From assembly GCF_009914755.1 (NCBI RefSeq), contig NC_060932.1: a stretch of 64,000 bases of DNA, one strand, 5' to 3'. How positions within the stretch are numbered: the first letter of the stretch is position 1; every line of letters begins with the position of its first letter. Made by a program: the position numbers and the translations under genes. The notes below the pieces were generated by a model. That model was not told the DNA's origin. It made no database searches and saw only the letters and a list, made by a program, of their open reading frames with translations. This document shows positions 50,330 to 63,528 of this stretch, piece by piece. This DNA comes from the human T2T-CHM13v2.0 reference genome, Homo sapiens.

Positions 50330-51095
50330 TCATGGATTGGAAGAATCAATATCATTAAAATGGCCACACTGCCCAAAGCAGTCTATAGATTCAATGGTAT
50401 TCCTATCAAACTACCAACATCATTCTCCACAGAATTAGAAAAAAACTACTCTAAAATCCACATGGCACCAAAAAAGAGCTGAAATAGCCAAAGCAATCCT
50501 AAGTGAAATGAACAAAGCCAGAGGCATCACACTACCTGACTTCAAATTATATTACAAGCCTACAATAACCAAAACAGCATGGTACTGGTACAAATACAGA
50601 CATATAAACCAATGGAAGATAATAGAGAACCCAGAAATAAAACTGCACACCTACAGCCATCTGTTCTCTGACAAAGTTGACAAAAATAAGCATAGGGAAG
50701 CGATCCCCTGTTCAATAAGCAGGGCTTGGATAACTGGCTAGCTATATGCAGAAAAATGAAACTGGAGCTCTATCTTTCACTATATACAAAAATTAACTCA
50801 AGATGGATTAAAGATTTAAAGGTAAGGCCACAAACTATAAGAGTCCCAGAAGAAAACCTATGAAACACCATTCTGGACATCGGCCTTGGGAAAGAATTTA
50901 TGACTAAGTTCTCAAAAGCAACTGCAACAAAAACAAAACTTGATGTGAGACCTAATTAAAATAAAGTTTCTGCACAGCAAAAGAAACTATCAATGGAATA
51001 AAGAGACAACCTACAGAATGGGAGAAAATATTTGTAAACTATGCATCTGGCAAAGGTCTAATATCCAGAATCCATAAGGAACATAAACAATTCAA

Positions 51096-51401
<306 letters not shown>

Positions 51402-52596
51402 TTAAACAATTCAACAAATAACCTCATTAAAAGTAGGCAAAAGACATGAACAGATACTTCTTAAAAGAAGACATACAAGCAGCTAAGAAACATAAAAAAA
51501 ATGCTCAACAACACTACTCATCAGAAAAATGTAAATCAAAACCACAATGAGATACCATCTCACAGAAGTCAGAATGGCTATCAGTCATTATCATGACAGA
51601 TGCTGGTGATGTTATGGAGAAAAGAGAGCACTTATATATTGCTGGTAGAACTGTAACTTAATTCAGCAACTGTGGAAAGCAGTTTGGAGATTTCTCAAAG
51701 AACTTAAAACAGAACTCCCATTTGACACAGCAATCCCATTCCTGGGTATATATCCAAAAGAAAACAAATTGTTCTACCAAAAAGACATATACACTTACAT
51801 GTTCATTGCACAAACTACTCACAATGGCAAAGACATGGAATCATCCTAGCTGTCCATCAAGGATAGATTTGATAAGGAAAATGTGGTACAGATACACCAT
51901 GGAATACTATATAGCCATAAAAAAGAATCAAATCATGTCCTTTGCAGCAACATGTATAGAGGTACAGGCCATTATCCTAAGTGAATTAATGCAGGAACAG
52001 AAAACCAAATACCTAATGTTCTCACTTATAAGTGGGAGGTAAACATTGGGAACTCATGGACATAAAGATAGCAACAATAGACACTGGGGACTCCTAGTGG
52101 AGAAGGATGAAGGGGGGAAGGAGTTGAAAAACTGTTGGGTACTATGCTCACTACTTGGGTGATGGGTTCATTAGTATCCCGCAATATACCTATGTAACAA
52201 ACCTGCACATGTATCCTTTGAATCTAAAATGAAAGTTGAAATTATTGTAAAATAGGGCAAAATATAAGCTTGAAATACCAAAAAACCCCAACTGAATAAA
52301 ATTTACATTTTTGTAATTATGTACAATTATGTAGGCTACTGAGTAGAAAAACTTGGTTGAAGCAAGTCAATGTATTTTTAAAAGCACCTAAGGAAAAAGT
52401 GGATTCTATTTTTTATAAGTATGCTTTTAGAATGTATTAAGAGAAAGTGTTATTTATGATAGAATCTCAGAGAAGCATCTAGTAGTTTTGATACGGTATT
52501 TTGCACTAAGCTACATATAGGCACATACGAGATACTCAATAAATATTTGCTGAATAAGAAACTCTCTTTAAAAAAGTAACTTCTTTTCTGGACATT

Positions 52597-52947
52597 TGCT
52601 GTGCAACAATTTTCAACTGCAGCTCTAGAGCTGCACTTTTGGTCACACATGGCAATTGAGCACTCAATGTGTGACTAGTCAAAATTGAGATGTGCGTAGT
52701 GTGCAACATATACACTGAATTTCAAAGATTTAATGTGAAAAAAGATGTAAACAGCTTTTATTAAAATGGTCTAATACTAACTACATGTTAAAATGATAAT
52801 ATTTTGGACATATTAGGTTGAATAAGATATATTAATAAAATAATTTCACCTATTTCTTTTTTTTTTTAATGTGGCTCCTAAGAAATTTAAAATTACAGAT
52901 GTGATTCACAATTACTGCTCACATTATACTTCTATTGGACAGTGCTG
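52597..52947. mobile_element. MER33/MER3-like hAT remnant
   Basis: cacatggcaattgagcact...ttttggacatattaggtt...ctattggacagtgctg. Confidence 0.7.
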
Positions 52948-53710
52948 CCCTAAAGACCATTCATTAGTTAGGGACTATAGATTATCCTTACCCTTTGATT
53001 TTTCTCCCATACAAACTTCTCTTTCAGCTTTTAAGGGAGAGAATAAGGAGGAGTTAAGGATAAATCCTTTAGCTTTGAAGTTTAAAAAAATAAAGCAATT
53101 TATCTTTGTAACATCTAAGGGTGGGAAACAAGGTTACTCGGATACTCTTTAAAGTCAGCAGAAGGTCCTGATCTAAAAAAGTTGCAATGGGAATACAAAA
53201 GAAATTCTTTTTAGGAGTCACTCATTAAAAGAAGAGAGAAGTCGACTTTAAAACTTTTGAGTATGAATGACTGATACAGGATAAAAGTGCACTTCATATA
53301 ATAATTAGGAATATCTACAAATAATACATACTGACTTTATTTTCTTGTCTTAGAAAATGAACTCCCCCTTCTAAATAAGCTACTCTCCACTGTGGCCACT
53401 GAATACCCCTGTTTCTCTAGCAAGATAAAATACGACTTTTGTGTTCTATCTCTTCTAGAAAGTGCTTTCTACTTGTTTAAGTAGTGCTTTCAATGAAAAC
53501 TTTATGAACAGTACTGATCATTCCCTTCTCTATATTCCAATAACTGTTGTTGTTTCTACTCTTTATTTGAACTTTCATATGTATTTCCTTGTACTGTTTT
53601 TATTTTAATGTAGTTGTTTTTGAATTATAAAATATATACAAAAAGTGTGCAATTCATAAGCGTACAACTTGACAAATTTCACAAAATGAACACACCTAAA
53701 GTACTATGAG

Positions 53711-55785
53711 TGTATTAGTCCATTTCATGCTGCTGAGAGACATACCTGAGACTGGGCAATTTACAAAAGAAAGAGGTTTACTGGACTTACAGTTCCATGT
53801 GGCTAGGGAGGCCTTATAATCATGGTGGAAAGTGAAGGCACATCTCACATGGCAGCAGACAAAAGAAGAGAGCTTGTGCAAGGAGATTCCCATTTTTAAA
53901 ACCATCAGATATCATGAGACTTACCCACTATCACAAGAACAGCATGGGAAAGACCTGCCCCCATTGTTCAATTACCTCCCACTGGGTCCCTCCCACAACA
54001 TGTGGGAATTCAAGATGAGATTTGGGTGGGGACACATTCAAACCATATCATTCCACCCCTGGCCCCTCCCAAATCTCATGTCCTCACATTTCAAAACTAA
54101 TAGTGCCTTCCAGACAGTCCCCCAAAGACTTAACTCATTTCAGCATTAACTCAAAAGTCCACAGTCCAAATTCTTATACGAGACAAGAAGTCCCTTCCGT
54201 CTATGAGCCTATAAAATCAAAAGCAAGCTAGTTACTTACTAGATACAATGAGGGTACAGGCATTGGGTAAATACAAGCATCCCAAATGGGAGAAATTGGC
54301 TAAAACAAAGGGGCTACAGGCCCAATGCAAGTCTGAAATCCAGCAGGGTAGTCAAATCTTAAAGCTCCAAAATACTTTCCTTTGACTCCATGTCTAGTTC
54401 ATGTCTGGGTCCTGCTCATGCAAGAGGTGGGCTCCCATGGCCTTGGGCAGCTCCACCCCTGGGGCTTTGCAGGATATAGCCCTCCTCCTTCCTGGCTGCT
54501 TTTATGAGCCGTGGCTTTTCCAGGTGCATGGTGCAAGCTGTTGGTGGATCTACCTTTCTAGGACCTGGAGGATGATGGCCCTCCTCTCACAGCTCCACTA
54601 GACAGTGCCCCAGTAGGGACTCTGTATGGGGCTCTGACCCCACATTTCCCTTCCACACAGCCCTAGCAGCAGTTTTCCATGAGGGCCCTGCCCCTACAGC
54701 AAACTTCTGCCTGGGCATCCAGGCATTTCCATACATCATCTGAAATCTAGGCAGAGGTTCCCAAACCTCAATTCTTGACTTCTGTGCACTCACAGGCTCA
54801 ACACTATGTGGCAGCTGCCAAGGCTTGGGGATTACACCCTCTGAAGTCACGGCCTGAGCTCTATGTTGGCCCCTGTCAGCCATGGCTGGAGCGGCTGGGA
54901 CGCAGGGCACCAAGCCTCTAGGCTGCACATAGCACAGGGACCCTGGGCCCAGTCCACAAAACCACGTTTTCCTCCTACGCCTTTGGGCTTGTGATGGGAG
55001 GGGCTGCCATGAAGACCTCTCATATGCCCTGGAGACATCTTCCCCATTGTCTTGGGGATTAACATTGGGTTCCTTATTACTTATGCAAATTTCTACAGCC
55101 AGCTTGAATTTCTCCTCAGAAAATGGGATTTTACTTTCTATTGCACTGTCAGGCTGCAAATTTTCCAAACTTTTATGCTGTGCTTCCGTTATAAAACTGA
55201 ATGCCTTTAGTAGCACCCAAGTCACCTCTTGAATGCTTTGCTGCTTAGAAATTTCTTCCGCCAGATACCCTAAATCATCCCTCTCAAGTTCAAAGTTCCA
55301 GAAATCTCTAGGGCAGGGGCAAAATGCCGCCAATCTCTTTGCTAAACCTAACAAGAATTACCTTTTCTCCATTTCCCAACAAGTTCCTCATCTCCAACTA
55401 AGACTACCTCAGCCTGGACTGTAGAAAGAGGTTTATTTGACTTACAGTTCCACATGGCTGGGAGGCCTCACAATCATGATGGAAGGTGAAAGGCAAGTCT
55501 CACATGCTGGCAGACAAGAGAGGACAGCTTGTGCAGGGAGACTCCCGCTTTTAAAACCATCAGATCTTGTGAGACTTATTCACTATCACAAGAACAGTAT
55601 GGGAAAGACCTGCCCCAATGATTGCCCCTTGCCCCTCATCTGAGACAAGGCAAGTCCCTTTTGCCTATCAGCTTGTAAAATCAAAAGCAAGTTAGCTATA
55701 CTTCCTAATTACCTCCCACCAGGTCTCTCCCACAACACATGGGAATTAAATGAGATTTAGGTGGGGACACAGCCAAACCATATCA
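53711..55785 (-). mobile_element. THE1 (MaLR) element: 3' LTR 53711-54050, internal region, rearranged 5' LTR ~55420-55785
   Basis: Both LTRs end gggacaca..caaaccatatca on plus; THE1-int between them; flanks ATGAG/GTGAG resemble a 5-bp TSD. Confidence 0.9.
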
Positions 55786-55999
55786 GTGAGCAAGAAATGA
55801 AACATTACCAATCAAAGAGGTCCATAGCATGCTTCCTTCCCAATTCTACTCACTACACATCCTAGTCAATTTTTGTCTTTAAACAACCTTTTTAAAGACT
55901 AGACACCTTATATATTATCAGATCAAGAGTGAGTCCTAATACTTTTTTCAGTTATGAGAGCAATTCAAAAGAATATATCTAGAAAAAATTATTTTACAA

Positions 56000-56975
56000 A
56001 CCTAAGATTCTCAAGTTTGTATCTCCAGCTTATACCTCTCCCTTAAACTCAGCTTATATGTATACACACACATTACATATGTATGTGTACACATTAACAC
56101 ATGTAACATCTCCATTTCAATGTTGAACAGACATATCAAATCTAGCATGTCTAAAAACAAATTTTGATCATCCCTCAAAACCTGTCATTTAATTAAATGG
56201 CAGCCATATCTTCCCATTGTTTAGGCCAAAACTTTTGAAGTCACCTTTGACCTCTCTTTCTCCCACACTCCACTTCCAAATCATTAGGAAATATTGCCGG
56301 TTCTACTTTTAAAACAAATCCAGAACCTGATCACTTCTCAGGACTTCCTCCACCACCCCAGTCCACACTACCATCATGTTTCCCTTGGATTACTAAAAGA
56401 ACCTACTAACTGCTTCCTGCTTTGACTGTCCCCCATCTCGACCAAACCAGTCTCAATTCAGTAGCCAGAATGAACTTTTTAAAACATTGTCAGATCACAT
56501 GACTCTTCTTTTAAAAACCTTTTAAAAGATTCTCATCTCATGCAGAGTAAAATCCAAAGTCTTCACAGTGCCTCCTTCCCTATGTGATCTGTGTGCCACA
56601 CTTCCCTGCCTGTCATCTCATTCCCTACACCTCCCACAGCTTACTCTGCTGTCAGCCACAAGGATCTTTGTAGTTGTCCCATCTGTGTTGAAAACACATT
56701 CTCATGGCTCATTCCCTGTTAGCACTAACATCTTTTTGTGAGGCCATGACTGATAGTGCTATTTAAATCCCAACCCCAGATTTGGGGAAACTCCCTGTCT
56801 TCCTTCTCTGTTTTATTTCTCTCTATAGTGCTTATCACCATGTGACATATCAGGCGTCTTATTATTTACTTACTTATCATGCTTTCATTCAAATTGCTGT
56901 ACCACTATTACCCAGAACAGTGCCTGAGGCATAATAGGTAATTAAAAAAATGTTGAGTTAATAAATAAATGAATA
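56000..56975 (+). mobile_element. L2 remnant
   Basis: gtagccagaatgaacttttt...tcagatcacatgactc...agaacagtgcctga...aataaatgaat. Confidence 0.7.
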
Positions 56976-57084
56976 TGACTAATTTCATATCTGTCATTTA
57001 CTTCCTCCTCTCCAGTCTCTTGAAATGCTTTACATAACACCACCTTGTATTTGGCCAAATACTTGCATCTTCACACATATCATC

Positions 57085-57441
57085 TGTCTTAGTCTGTTAG
57101 GTCTGTTATAACAAAATACCATAAATTTGGTAGCTTGTAAACAAAGAAATTTATTTCTCAAAGTTCTAAAGTCTGAGAAGTCCAAGATCAAGACAGTAAC
57201 AGATTTGGTATCTGGAGAGGGCCTACTTTCTGGTTTATAGATGGTGCCTTATAGCTATGTCCTCAGATGTGTAAAGGACAAAAAGCTCTCTGGGGCCTCT
57301 TTTTAAGGGTCCTAATCCTATTTATGGGGGCTCTGCTCCCATGACCTACTGGCTTCCAAAAGCTCCATCTCTTAATACCATCACCTTGAAGGTTAGGTTT
57401 CAACATATGAATTTTGAAGGAACGCACATTCAGACCATAGT
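57085..57441 (-). mobile_element. MaLR LTR (MLT1A0-like)
   Basis: tgtcttagtctg...aacaaaataccata...agaagtccaagatcaag...cattcagaccatag. Confidence 0.78.
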
Positions 57442-57679
57442 ATCAACTCAATAAATGCCTATTTCTTAATTCAGGAAATTGGCCATCAGTTTATATTTTC
57501 TAAAAATTTTCTAAAAAGAGAGAGAGAGACAGAGTTCCCTGAAGATTTCCTATATCACAGTCTTATGATAATTTTAAAGACTGCCTCTTCATAAATTATC
57601 TCAACAATTTTTCCTTGGAGGTCCTCCCATCCTGTCATAAATTTACAGCATGAAACATTGAAGTAAACATTAAACTTTA

Positions 57680-59130
57680 CTAAAAGAACAAAGTCTTACC
57701 AAAAAAGTAAACCTTTTGAGTTAATAAGAGAGTTGAGCAAGGTTGCTGGATATGTAAACATAAAAGGACAAATTATATAAAATAGCAGTAAATAGAAAAC
57801 AAAAATAGATGTCTCTCACAAGAACATCAAACAACATCCATATCCTGAAATAAATCTAACCAACAGATGTAAGAACCCTGCACCAAAAACAACAAAACAT
57901 TACTAGAAAAAAATGACTTAAGTAAATGGATTAGGTTCATAGATTTGAAAACTCAGTAAAGATGTCAGTTCTCCCCAGATTAATCTATAGATCTAACAAA
58001 ATCTCAATGCAAAGGGTGAAGAATAGCCAAGGCCATCCTGAAGAAAAAAGCTAAAGTACATACACTGCTACATATCAAGACCTATTATAAGACTTTATTA
58101 ATTAAGACAGTGTGAAATTAGTAAAGGATGAAAAAATAGAACACAGAAGCAGACCCATGCATTTATGGTCACATGATTTATGACACAGACAACACTGAAA
58201 ATGAAGAGGAGAGAGAGTGGTCTTTCAAATAAAAGCCTGATTAATTGGTCCCATCTGGAAAAAAAAAAAAAAAAAGACTTGACCCTCACCTCACACCATG
58301 GACAAAAATCAATTCTGGTGGTTTACGAATCTAAATGTGAAAGGTCCAACAATAAAGATTTTAGAAGAAAACATAGGACAGTATCTTTGTAGCCTTGGAG
58401 TAGGCAAAGATTTCAAAAAGTGCTAGCCATTAAAAAAAGTAATAAATCAAGCCAAATTAAAATTAAGAACTTTTGTTTATCAAATGTATTATTAAGGAAT
58501 TGAAAAGGCAAACCACAGAGTGAGAGGATAGTCATAATACATGTATCTGAAAAAAAAATTATATCCAAAGTGCACAGAAAACTACAAATCAAAAGGGAGA
58601 CTTCCCAAAAGAAAAATGAACAAAAATCATGCACAGATATTTCACAAGAGAATATCCAAACAGCCCAAAAAAATTTTAAATTCAATTAGTCATTAAGAAA
58701 ATTCAAATTAAAACCACAACCAATGTGATATTACTCTGTACCCATGAGAACAGCTGAAATGATAAAAATGTTAAAATATCACATGTTAGGAAGCTATGGA
58801 TCAACTGGAACTCTTATATGCTGCTTTTAGGAGTATAAATCAGTACAACCATTCTGAAACACTGTTCACCAATATCTTTTAAAGCTGGGCATGTAATTTG
58901 GCAAGGCTAAAGAAAAGAGACCAGATGCAAAAAGAGTATATAATTCCATTTAGATAAAGTACAAAAATAGGCAAAATTAATCTAGGCTATACAAAAGTAT
59001 TGGGTGAATGGGTCCTGACTGGCAGAGAACCTAGAGCATTTAAGATTCTAGTAACGTTCTTTTCCTTGATTTATGTGCTATTAATAGTTACATAGGTGTG
59101 TCTGGTTTGTGAAAATTTATTAAGGTAAAG
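57680..59130 (+). mobile_element. Old L1M fragment
   Basis: agcaaggttgctggata...aagatgtcagttctcccca...gaatagccaaggccatcctgaagaa similarity. Confidence 0.7.
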
Positions 59131-59295
59131 CAAAAGTTTACTACAACATGATAGAATTCAGTGGTGTAAAAACCATTAGAATTTCATATTCAAGAAATTA
59201 TAAGTACAAGTTTACATTAATTTAACACTGGTTTGAACACAGAGATTAGCCAATCTTTCACTTTGTAGTGTTATACAGCAGAAGTCAATACTTAC

Positions 59296-59670
59296 AGTAA
59301 ATTTAGCTCTTTCTTCCATCACTTCATAACCCAGTATAGTAGGTGTAGATGGTCTATCTTCCCAATTCACTGTTTCCGGATTTTGTTCTTCAGTGTCTCT
59401 TGGTCTAGTAGAATACTCAATGGAAGAAGCTGTACCTGTAAATTTAGTCCTAATGAGGGGACTGCTACAGACAGATGAAGTATTATCCATTTGATCAGGA
59501 ACACTTGTCTGTTTAAAATTACCCATATTTGAGTCTTCTAACTGGCCCTTAGAAGAATTTGAGCTTGTTGAGACACTGCCAAAAGAAGAACTTCTTTGAT
59601 TTCTGTTTGTTGTAAAACTGGAAGCAGAGTTTCCTATGGGCATAGGAACTGGGACATAAGGAGTTGCCAT
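59296..59670 (-). CDS. SNX16: SNX16 coding exon (exon 2, aa 1-125; exon begins at 59766 with 96 nt of 5' UTR)
   Basis: ATG at 59670 (AAGATGG); [15 protein letters not shown]...[12 protein letters not shown]; acceptor ttttcatttttAG, donor ACT|GTAAGT; 375 nt. Confidence 0.97.
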
Positions 59671-60591
59671 CTTCTTTTGGCTTTTCCAACAAGCTTGCAC
59701 ACTGTTGAGTCCACTTAGAGAACAACTAATATGCAATCCATTATTTTCTTCTTAGGAATTCACTATCTAAAAATGAAAAGGACATATTAAAAGGTTAGTC
59801 TTTAATGTGCAGCAGGATTCAAAAGAAAAGTATTCTTTTCAATTTTATGACACTATTATTTTATTTGGAATGAAAACATACCTCAAACCCCTTCTCCCAG
59901 TTGTCTTTAAGGACTCCTATTTGCAAGATAGAGAGAGCAAAACTACTTCACACTCTTTTTCCTTGACTCCATGTTACATGTTATCCCTTTTTCCTCTACT
60001 TTATTCCCTTGTGAAGTATTTCTGTAAAGTTCATTTTAACCTGATTTCATGTATGTAAAAGTTGGTAGGAGAAAGATTGGTAAAGACCCTTCTGAAGCTT
60101 TATTCCATGCTTATCATCTTGACAGTACTACATTCAGTACAAGAGAGAAAAAAGAAAAGGAAGAAAACTATTTACATTACCTCTGGATTTAATCAGAAAG
60201 GGAGGAAATCTATTCACATTACCTTTCAATTTAATTAGTGAAACTATAAAGATTTACACAGAGTAGTAACAATGAACCAGATGCTTTGATGCTACATAGT
60301 ATAATTCTATAGAACCCAGGATTAAAAATACACACTTGGTCAAGTTACTCAAATAAAACCCAGTGAACACTGAACTTATATGCAACAAAATTAAATAGTG
60401 AAAATTGTAACCGTTCTTCACAGCTTACAGGTCATCACTAATTCTGCTCTACGATAAACTGAGGGTATTTAAATCTTTATAACTTACACTCAAGAATCTG
60501 TTATCAAACGGACCAGTATATCTTGTGTCAGAATAGTATCATAACACAAAGAAGAAATGGTTTACTATTACTTTGTTAAATAATAAACTCA

Positions 60592-61051
<460 letters not shown>

Positions 61052-61808
61052 TTAACTCAAGTGGCTCTCGGCAACATTTCCCCATTATCAAAGATTCATG
61101 AAACTTTAGCTGCTGATTCACCGCTCCTCGGTTCCGCCTGACGGCCTCCCCAAAAACAAGTAAGTCTGAAATCTCAACCTTCTCAAGGTCCGAGGGATCT
61201 ACCTGGCCTTTGCCACTCTACTACCTGAGGCCGCCTGGCTGGGGGGAGGTCGCATATCAATACATATCAACACAACCACTGACGTCCGAAGATGTGAGCG
61301 CTACCCAAGCGTTAAAAAAACAAAACAAGCAAACAAACAAACAAAAAAACGTGCTGTGCTCATTAGGAGCGTCTTCGCCTCTACCCTGATGCGGAGTTGC
61401 TCCCAGGACGCTCAGTTCATTCTCACTCTGGAAAACCTCAGGTGAGGTGGCCCGACTCTGAGCAACCCCGTGGGCGGGAGGAAAGAGGCAAATACCAGGC
61501 ACAGTTCGACCCTCGGAAGGTAAGGCCGGGGTCTGCGCCGGTCACGGGTCTTCCGCACTGCAGGCGGCGAGACCCGCAGCTCCCTGGGATCACAGACTCT
61601 CCCGCCTCCGCTGACCGGTGCGCGCCCAGCGCCTCCCAGACGCACAGTGGGGTCGGCGGTGGCCTGAAGGTGGCTGGGCTTCCTGCGGCGCCTCTCCACT
61701 CTCCCGCGGAGCCCCTCGCCGCCCGCCAGACATCAAGGTTGCAGGTGTCACCCGTACGAGAACCCGGGACAGCGACCGCCTGTCCTGAGGTAATGACCCA
61801 GTCTTTAC

Positions 61809-61870
61809 CTCAGCCCACTCGGCGATCCCGAACGAGCGCGCTTCCCGGTGACGGTTAAACCGGACTCTCC
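61809..61870 (-). other. SNX16: Probable non-coding exon 1 of SNX16
   Basis: Minus-strand donor GAG|GTAAAG at 61809/61808 inside the CpG island, just downstream of an E-box and GC box; 5' end estimated. Confidence 0.65.
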
Positions 61871-61911
61871 TTAACCGCAGCTTTTCGCCTCCTCCCTCAG
61901 CAGCGAGAAGC

Positions 61912-61921
61912 GTCACGTGAC
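61912..61921. promoter_or_regulatory. Palindromic E-box / CLEAR element (MiT-TFE or USF site)
   Basis: Exact GTCACGTGAC. Confidence 0.75.
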
Positions 61922-62013
61922 ACCCCCGCCCCAAAAGCAGCTGCTCCCCGCCTCAGCCAGTCTCTGCCCGGGCCCAAGATCCCTGCTGTGTGGAAGGAGG
62001 GGCCGTACTGGGC

Positions 62014-62223
<210 letters not shown>

Positions 62224-62427
62224 CACACATCTCTGCCGGAAGTGATGTCACGCCATGGGCGCCCGCCCACCGGAGGAGCGACTGGAGTTGATCGGCTGGG
62301 CGCTCAGGTAGCGAAGATAAATGTAATCTTGTGGCAGGAAATCGACATTCTCTGCACTATCTTTAGTTTTCCAACTGAACTTCTGAGAAATGGAGGCTAC
62401 AATACCTAGTTTGCCAAACAGGAGAAG

Positions 62428-62498
62428 ACTACAATTCCCAGAAGGAACTGCGACCAACATTGGTCCGTGCTCATACTTTGCATCATGGGACTTGTAGT
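62428..62498. promoter_or_regulatory. Two inverted ZNF143/THAP11-type motifs
   Basis: ACTACAATTCCCAGAAG (+, 62428-62444) and ACTACAAGTCCCATGATGCA (minus, core 62486-62498). Confidence 0.7.
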
Positions 62499-62887
62499 CA
62501 TCACCAGCTTGCGCTGATTCTAACAGGTTATAGATTGTTTTCTAGAATTAGCAGCGCTTTAAGGGATGACAATCGATTAGAAGAGTAGGAAGATAGAACA
62601 CTGCTTAGTAGCTGATCCGTTCTACATAATTCAGAAGTTCTCATTGGCAGAGAACCCCTGAAATTCTGTAGTGTCTTTTTACTATCCGGTGAGCAATTTG
62701 ATCCCGATGATGGAATATTAGCCTTGTTAGACATGCGCTTCTGAAGACCTGTGAAGTAGGGAAAGCCGAGTTTTTTGATAGGCAAATCCCAAGATTCAGA
62801 CCGGTCTACAGGTCTGTTCATCATTAGAATCAGATAATGTGGTTGAAAAATCATTCCACGATTTCTAAGGCTTTTGTATAGTCCCAA

Positions 62888-63385
62888 TGTTACCCATGGA
62901 GGGTCTTGACTACAAGTCATCCAGGTTCTTGGTTTTTTTAACAAAGAATTGGACAAAACGCACAAAGAAAGCAAGGAAAGAATGAAGCAAGGAAAGCAGA
63001 GATTGAAATGACTGTACACTCCACAGAGTGGGAATGGCCTCCAGCCAGTGGCTCAAGAGCCCTGGTTACAGGATTTTCTGGAGTTTAAATATCCGCTAGA
63101 GATTTCCCATTGGTTACTTGGTTTACACCCTCTGTAAATTAAGGAGTAGCCTGCAACCAATCAGAGGCTAAAGTTAAGTTACAAAGTTGTACTCCTATGG
63201 AAATGAAGACTAGGCCCAGATACCAAGGGCCTAGAAGGTTGGGCAGGGGGTTGCAAAGGGAATAGCCTCTGGTCTTTTTGTTACTTGGGCTTGGAAAGTT
63301 GGAGTTTTCCTTTTGATTTAGTTCTAGGAAGTCAGCGTGAATGGGCCTTAGGTTCCCTGCCTCCGGACCCTATTCTACTGCCCGA
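62888..63385 (-). mobile_element. ERV1 LTR, MER51-like
   Basis: Reverse complement begins ...GGCAGTAGAATAGGGTCCGGAGGCAGGGAACCTAAGGCC and ends GGTAACA. Confidence 0.8.
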
Positions 63386-63528
63386 CTAAGAGTGAGAAAA
63401 GGTGATAGTGGTCATTTTGAAATGAAGGTTGGAAAATAGTCTGGTTTGTGACATGATGATGGTTTTGGTTTAAGAGATTCTGCCCTTTTAGTGTGAATGA
63501 AATAAAAATAGAATTCTGTAGAAACAAT

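Noticed and set aside
59212-59736. 174-aa ORF as a standalone protein
   Set aside because: It is SNX16 exon 2 extended by a non-ATG start and by read-through into the intron past the GTAAGT donor.
61397-61934. Overlapping 95-153 aa ORFs in the CpG island
   Set aside because: Expected from stop-codon scarcity in GC-rich DNA; no recognisable protein features.
62528-63019. 163-aa minus-strand ORF upstream of SNX16
   Set aside because: Begins inside an LTR and has no recognisable domain.
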